A DNA stretch of 64,000 nt from Bacillus subtilis subsp. subtilis str. 168 (GTDB lineage: Bacteria; Bacillota; Bacilli; Bacillales; Bacillaceae), in assembly GCF_000009045.1 (NCBI RefSeq), contig NC_000964.3:1302001-1366000 (forward strand). Direction: 5' to 3'. Each line of letters opens with the position of its first letter. Position 1 is the stretch's first letter. The notes beneath the pieces are model-generated. The model saw only the letters and a list, made by a program, of their open reading frames with translations, did not search any database and was not told the origin of the DNA. Below are positions 59,242-64,000 of the stretch, one piece after another. The translations under genes and the position numbers were made by a program.

Positions 59242-60168
59242 TTGGCGCGATACATGATAAAGCGTTTTTGGGCAATGGCAGCTACGATTTTGGTGATTAC
59301 CACCCTGACTTTTGTTCTCATGAAGGTCATTCCCGGATCTCCTTTTAACGAGGAGAGAGGCACAAATGAAGCCGTTCAAAAAAATCTCGAAGCCTACTAT
59401 CACTTAGACGATCCTCTCATTTTCCAATACATTTTCTACTTAAAATCCATCATTACATTCGATTTCGGACCTTCAATTAAAAAACCGTCGGACAGCGTAA
59501 ATGATATGCTGGAACGCGGATTTCCCGTTTCCTTTGAGCTTGGGATGACAGCGATTGTCATTGCTGTGATTTCTGGGCTGGTGCTGGGCGTAATCGCTGC
59601 ACTCCGCCGCAATGGCTTTTTGGACTACGCCGCGATGAGTCTTGCAGTACTCGGCATCTCCATCCCGAATTTTATTCTGGCAACATTGCTCATTCAGCAA
59701 TTTGCTGTCAATCTCAAACTATTTCCCGCTGCGACATGGACGAGCCCGATTCATATGGTGCTTCCGACCGCAGCGCTTGCTGTAGGGCCAATGGCGATCA
59801 TTGCCAGGCTGACACGGTCGAGCATGGTCGAAGTTCTGACACAGGATTATATCCGCACAGCAAAAGCAAAAGGGCTTTCTCCGTTCAAAATTATCGTAAA
59901 ACACGCACTCAGAAATGCACTCATGCCCGTCATTACCGTCCTGGGCACACTCGTCGCCAGCATCTTAACAGGAAGCTTTGTCATTGAAAAAATCTTTGCC
60001 ATTCCGGGAATGGGAAAATATTTTGTTGAAAGCATTAATCAGCGGGACTACCCCGTGATTATGGGAACGACCGTTTTTTACAGCGTCATTCTGATTATCA
60101 TGCTGTTTTTGGTCGATTTGGCCTACGGTCTCTTAGACCCGCGCATTAAACTGCATAAGAAAGGGTGA
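59242..60168 (+). CDS. dppB: Dipeptide ABC transporter permease
   Basis: PGSPF, EAA-like TA.AKGL, RDYPVI motifs. Confidence 0.93.
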   Translation: MARYMIKRFWAMAATILVITTLTFVLMKVIPGSPFNEERGTNEAVQKNLEAYYHLDDPLIFQYIFYLKSIITFDFGPSIKKPSDSVNDMLERGFPVSFELGMTAIVIAVISGLVLGVIAALRRNGFLDYAAMSLAVLGISIPNFILATLLIQQFAVNLKLFPAATWTSPIHMVLPTAALAVGPMAIIARLTRSSMVEVLTQDYIRTAKAKGLSPFKIIVKHALRNALMPVITVLGTLVASILTGSFVIEKIFAIPGMGKYFVESINQRDYPVIMGTTVFYSVILIIMLFLVDLAYGLLDPRIKLHKKG

Positions 60169-60173
60169 AGCGT

Positions 60174-61136
60174 GTGAATCTCCCTGTACAAACGGATGAA
60201 CGCCAGCCAGAACAGCACAATCAGGTGCCTGATGAGTGGTTTGTCTTGAATCAGGAAAAAAATCGGGAAGCCGATTCGGTCAAGCGGCCGAGTTTGTCAT
60301 ACACGCAGGATGCCTGGAGGAGGCTGAAAAAAAATAAATTAGCGATGGCCGGACTCTTTATTCTTTTATTTCTTTTTGTCATGGCAGTTATCGGGCCCTT
60401 TTTATCGCCCCATAGTGTCGTACGCCAATCGCTGACAGAACAAAATCTTCCGCCCTCAGCCGATCATTGGTTCGGCACCGATGAACTCGGCCGGGATGTG
60501 TTTACCCGAACATGGTATGGCGCGAGAATCTCGTTGTTTGTCGGCGTGATGGCAGCACTGATTGATTTTTTGATCGGTGTCATTTACGGAGGCGTTGCCG
60601 GCTATAAAGGCGGCAGGATTGACAGCATTATGATGCGGATTATCGAAGTGCTGTACGGACTGCCGTATCTGCTTGTTGTCATTTTGCTGATGGTGCTCAT
60701 GGGACCGGGACTGGGCACGATTATTGTGGCGCTGACTGTGACCGGGTGGGTCGGCATGGCGAGAATTGTAAGAGGCCAGGTGCTTCAGATTAAAAATTAT
60801 GAATATGTACTCGCCTCGAAAACCTTTGGCGCGAAAACCTTTCGCATCATCCGGAAGAATTTGCTGCCGAATACTATGGGAGCGATCATCGTACAAATGA
60901 CATTAACCGTACCTGCCGCCATATTCGCAGAATCATTTTTAAGCTTTCTCGGCCTGGGCATACAGGCTCCGTTTGCAAGTTGGGGCGTGATGGCGAATGA
61001 CGGCCTGCCTACGATTTTATCTGGGCATTGGTGGCGCCTGTTTTTTCCGGCCTTTTTCATATCTCTGACGATGTACGCGTTTAATGTGCTGGGGGACGGA
61101 TTGCAGGATGCGCTTGACCCTAAGCTGAGGAGGTAG
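60174..61136 (+). CDS. dppC: Dipeptide ABC transporter permease
   Basis: HWFGTD.LGRD, EAA-like region, LGDGL.DALDP motifs. Confidence 0.93.
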   Translation: MNLPVQTDERQPEQHNQVPDEWFVLNQEKNREADSVKRPSLSYTQDAWRRLKKNKLAMAGLFILLFLFVMAVIGPFLSPHSVVRQSLTEQNLPPSADHWFGTDELGRDVFTRTWYGARISLFVGVMAALIDFLIGVIYGGVAGYKGGRIDSIMMRIIEVLYGLPYLLVVILLMVLMGPGLGTIIVALTVTGWVGMARIVRGQVLQIKNYEYVLASKTFGAKTFRIIRKNLLPNTMGAIIVQMTLTVPAAIFAESFLSFLGLGIQAPFASWGVMANDGLPTILSGHWWRLFFPAFFISLTMYAFNVLGDGLQDALDPKLRR

Positions 61137-61140
61137 CTGT

Positions 61141-62148
61141 ATGGAAAAAGTTCTGTCAGTCCAAAATCTGCACGTGTCTTTTACGACTTACGGCGGGACG
61201 GTTCAGGCGGTCAGAGGGGTGAGCTTTGATTTGTATAAAGGAGAAACCTTTGCGATCGTCGGCGAATCCGGCTGCGGCAAAAGCGTTACCTCCCAAAGCA
61301 TCATGGGCCTGCTTCCGCCTTATTCGGCGAAGGTGACAGACGGCAGGATTCTATTTAAAAACAAAGACCTTTGCCGTCTCTCTGACAAAGAAATGAGAGG
61401 TATAAGGGGAGCCGACATTTCTATGATTTTTCAAGACCCGATGACGGCGTTAAACCCTACGCTGACTGTCGGCGACCAGCTGGGGGAAGCGCTATTGCGC
61501 CACAAAAAAATGAGCAAAAAAGCGGCACGGAAAGAGGTGCTTTCCATGCTGTCATTGGTTGGTATTCCAGATCCCGGAGAGCGCCTAAAGCAATATCCCC
61601 ACCAATTCAGCGGCGGTATGAGACAGCGGATTGTCATTGCGATGGCGCTGATTTGCGAGCCTGATATCTTAATTGCGGATGAACCGACCACCGCCCTGGA
61701 TGTAACCATTCAGGCACAGATTTTAGAGCTGTTTAAAGAGATTCAGAGAAAAACGGATGTGTCTGTCATTCTGATTACGCACGATTTAGGGGTTGTTGCC
61801 CAGGTAGCTGACAGAGTCGCAGTCATGTATGCCGGGAAAATGGCGGAAATCGGCACAAGAAAAGATATTTTTTATCAGCCGCAGCACCCATATACAAAAG
61901 GCCTGCTGGGCTCTGTCCCGCGGCTGGATTTAAATGGCGCTGAGCTGACCCCGATTGACGGAACGCCGCCGGATTTATTTTCGCCTCCGCCGGGCTGCCC
62001 GTTTGCCGCCCGCTGTCCGAACAGGATGGTTGTGTGTGACAGGGTGTACCCGGGCCAGACGATCAGATCTGACTCGCACACCGTCAACTGCTGGCTGCAG
62101 GATCAACGAGCAGAGCATGCGGTGCTGTCAGGAGATGCGAAGGATTGA
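61141..62148 (+). CDS. dppD: Dipeptide ABC transporter ATPase
   Basis: GESGCGKS, FSGGMRQR, DEPTTALD motifs. Confidence 0.95.
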   Translation: MEKVLSVQNLHVSFTTYGGTVQAVRGVSFDLYKGETFAIVGESGCGKSVTSQSIMGLLPPYSAKVTDGRILFKNKDLCRLSDKEMRGIRGADISMIFQDPMTALNPTLTVGDQLGEALLRHKKMSKKAARKEVLSMLSLVGIPDPGERLKQYPHQFSGGMRQRIVIAMALICEPDILIADEPTTALDVTIQAQILELFKEIQRKTDVSVILITHDLGVVAQVADRVAVMYAGKMAEIGTRKDIFYQPQHPYTKGLLGSVPRLDLNGAELTPIDGTPPDLFSPPPGCPFAARCPNRMVVCDRVYPGQTIRSDSHTVNCWLQDQRAEHAVLSGDAKD

Positions 62149-62168
62149 ACATGAAAAGGGGGAAGAGG

Positions 62169-63800
62169 ATGAAACGAGTGAAAAAGCTATGGGGCATGGG
62201 TCTTGCATTAGGACTTTCGTTTGCGCTGATGGGGTGCACAGCAAATGAACAGGCCGGAAAAGAAGGCAGTCATGATAAGGCAAAAACCAGCGGAGAAAAG
62301 GTGCTGTATGTAAATAATGAAAATGAACCGACTTCATTCGATCCGCCGATCGGCTTTAATAATGTGTCATGGCAGCCGTTAAATAACATCATGGAGGGGC
62401 TGACGCGTCTTGGCAAAGATCATGAGCCCGAGCCGGCAATGGCGGAGAAATGGTCTGTTTCGAAAGATAATAAAACTTACACATTTACGATTCGGGAAAA
62501 TGCGAAATGGACAAACGGAGATCCTGTAACAGCCGGAGACTTCGAATACGCGTGGAAGCGGATGCTTGATCCGAAAAAAGGCGCTTCATCGGCATTCCTA
62601 GGTTATTTTATTGAAGGCGGCGAAGCATATAACAGCGGGAAAGGGAAAAAAGACGATGTGAAGGTGACGGCAAAGGATGATCGAACCCTTGAAGTTACAC
62701 TGGAAGCACCGCAAAAATATTTCCTGAGCGTTGTGTCCAATCCCGCGTATTTCCCGGTAAATGAAAAGGTCGATAAAGACAATCCAAAGTGGTTTGCTGA
62801 GTCGGATACATTTGTCGGAAACGGCCCGTTTAAGCTGACGGAATGGAAGCATGATGACAGCATCACAATGGAGAAAAGCGACACGTATTGGGATAAGGAT
62901 ACAGTGAAGCTTGATAAGGTGAAATGGGCGATGGTCAGTGACAGAAATACAGATTACCAGATGTTTCAATCAGGGGAACTTGATACCGCTTATGTCCCTG
63001 CTGAGCTGAGTGATCAGCTGCTTGATCAGGATAACGTCAATATTGTTGACCAGGCGGGTCTCTATTTCTATCGATTTAATGTCAACATGGAGCCGTTCCA
63101 AAATGAAAACATCAGAAAAGCCTTTGCGATGGCTGTGGATCAAGAGGAAATTGTAAAGTACGTCACGAAAAATAATGAAAAACCGGCGCACGCCTTTGTA
63201 TCGCCTGGGTTTACGCAGCCTGACGGCAAAGATTTCCGTGAAGCAGGCGGAGACCTGATCAAGCCTAACGAAAGCAAAGCGAAGCAGCTGCTCGAAAAGG
63301 GCATGAAGGAAGAAAACTATAATAAGCTTCCTGCGATCACGCTTACTTACAGCACAAAGCCGGAGCATAAAAAGATTGCCGAAGCTATTCAGCAAAAATT
63401 GAAAAATAGCCTTGGAGTCGATGTGAAGCTGGCCAATATGGAATGGAACGTATTTTTAGAGGATCAAAAAGCGCTGAAATTCCAATTCTCTCAAAGCTCA
63501 TTTTTGCCTGATTATGCAGACCCTATCAGTTTTCTGGAAGCCTTTCAAACGGGAAATTCGATGAACCGCACAGGCTGGGCCAATAAAGAATACGATCAGC
63601 TGATCAAACAGGCGAAAAACGAAGCCGATGAAAAAACACGGTTCTCTCTTATGCATCAAGCTGAAGAGCTGCTCATCAATGAAGCGCCGATCATTCCGGT
63701 TTATTTTTATAATCAGGTTCACCTGCAAAATGAACAAGTAAAAGGAATTGTCCGTCACCCTGTCGGCTATATCGATTTAAAATGGGCAGATAAAAACTGA
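62169..63800 (+). CDS. dppE: Dipeptide-binding lipoprotein
   Basis: Lipobox LMGC; family 5 SBP motifs; upstream alternative starts are possible. Confidence 0.93.
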   Translation: MKRVKKLWGMGLALGLSFALMGCTANEQAGKEGSHDKAKTSGEKVLYVNNENEPTSFDPPIGFNNVSWQPLNNIMEGLTRLGKDHEPEPAMAEKWSVSKDNKTYTFTIRENAKWTNGDPVTAGDFEYAWKRMLDPKKGASSAFLGYFIEGGEAYNSGKGKKDDVKVTAKDDRTLEVTLEAPQKYFLSVVSNPAYFPVNEKVDKDNPKWFAESDTFVGNGPFKLTEWKHDDSITMEKSDTYWDKDTVKLDKVKWAMVSDRNTDYQMFQSGELDTAYVPAELSDQLLDQDNVNIVDQAGLYFYRFNVNMEPFQNENIRKAFAMAVDQEEIVKYVTKNNEKPAHAFVSPGFTQPDGKDFREAGGDLIKPNESKAKQLLEKGMKEENYNKLPAITLTYSTKPEHKKIAEAIQQKLKNSLGVDVKLANMEWNVFLEDQKALKFQFSQSSFLPDYADPISFLEAFQTGNSMNRTGWANKEYDQLIKQAKNEADEKTRFSLMHQAEELLINEAPIIPVYFYNQVHLQNEQVKGIVRHPVGYIDLKWADKN

Positions 63801-63816
63801 TGGAGGCGATTGAGGA

Positions 63817-63852
63817 AATACTGCTTCTTTATGCGAAGGAGCGGTATTTTTT
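63817..63852 (+). terminator. Terminator-like hairpin after dppE
   Basis: AATACTGCTTCTT/AAGGAGCGGTATT plus T tract. Confidence 0.65.
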
Positions 63853-63887
63853 CTCTTTCTTGCACGTATACGTAGGGTGCAGAGCAA

Positions 63888-64000
63888 ATGAAAGGAGTGT
63901 TTTCGTTGAATTACAAGCCGAAAGCGTTGAACAAGGGTGATACAGTCGGAGTGATCGCGCCCGCAAGTCCGCCGGATCCAAAAAAGCTTGACACCGCGCT
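63888..64000 (+). CDS. ykfA: LD-carboxypeptidase (S66 family), 5' part only
   Basis: KPKALNKGDTVGVIAPAS N-terminus; runs off the window. Confidence 0.85.
   Translation, partial: MKGVFSLNYKPKALNKGDTVGVIAPASPPDPKKLDTA

Noticed and set aside
936-63758. The many 60-270 aa ORFs in the track lying antisense to, or out of frame within, long genes (e.g. 5452-6090, 24319-25152, 33949-34512)
   Set aside because: Shadow ORFs: no SD, no family motifs, fully overlapped by well-supported genes
1-64000. rRNA, tRNA, riboswitch, IS element or CRISPR array
   Set aside because: None recognised; intergenic spaces are short and explained by promoters and terminators

Overview
This is Bacillus subtilis chromosomal DNA. 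Gene order and protein lengths match my recollection of strain 168 from yjmB to ykfA; this was recognised from memory, not by database search. From left to right: (1) the hexuronate (exu) catabolic locus, 1-10812; (2) yjnA, yjoA, the SigW-type AAA ATPase gene yjoB and the rapA-phrA quorum-sensing cassette; (3) the complete defective prophage PBSX, about 15.5-46.2 kb, with left-arm cargo (xlyB, yjqABC), the LexA-box/xkdA/xre switch with four operators, early genes, the sigma-like factor xpf, terminase, head, contractile tail and baseplate, tail fibre and lysis genes, and no recognisable integrase; (4) the spoIISA-B-C toxin-antitoxin locus abutting the prophage; (5) pit, ykaA, steT, mhqA, ykcBC, htrA, proG, dppABCDE and the start of ykfA. 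No rRNA, tRNA or CRISPR array was seen. The gene inventory is largely known. The most interesting signals lie between the genes: a terminator-like attenuator in front of xpf, further terminators inside the late operon, start-stop minigenes ahead of the terminase and holin genes, a copy of the late promoter in front of xlyB, a -1 frameshift coupled to an ATC-initiated tape-measure gene, and several small ORFs missing from the ORF track.
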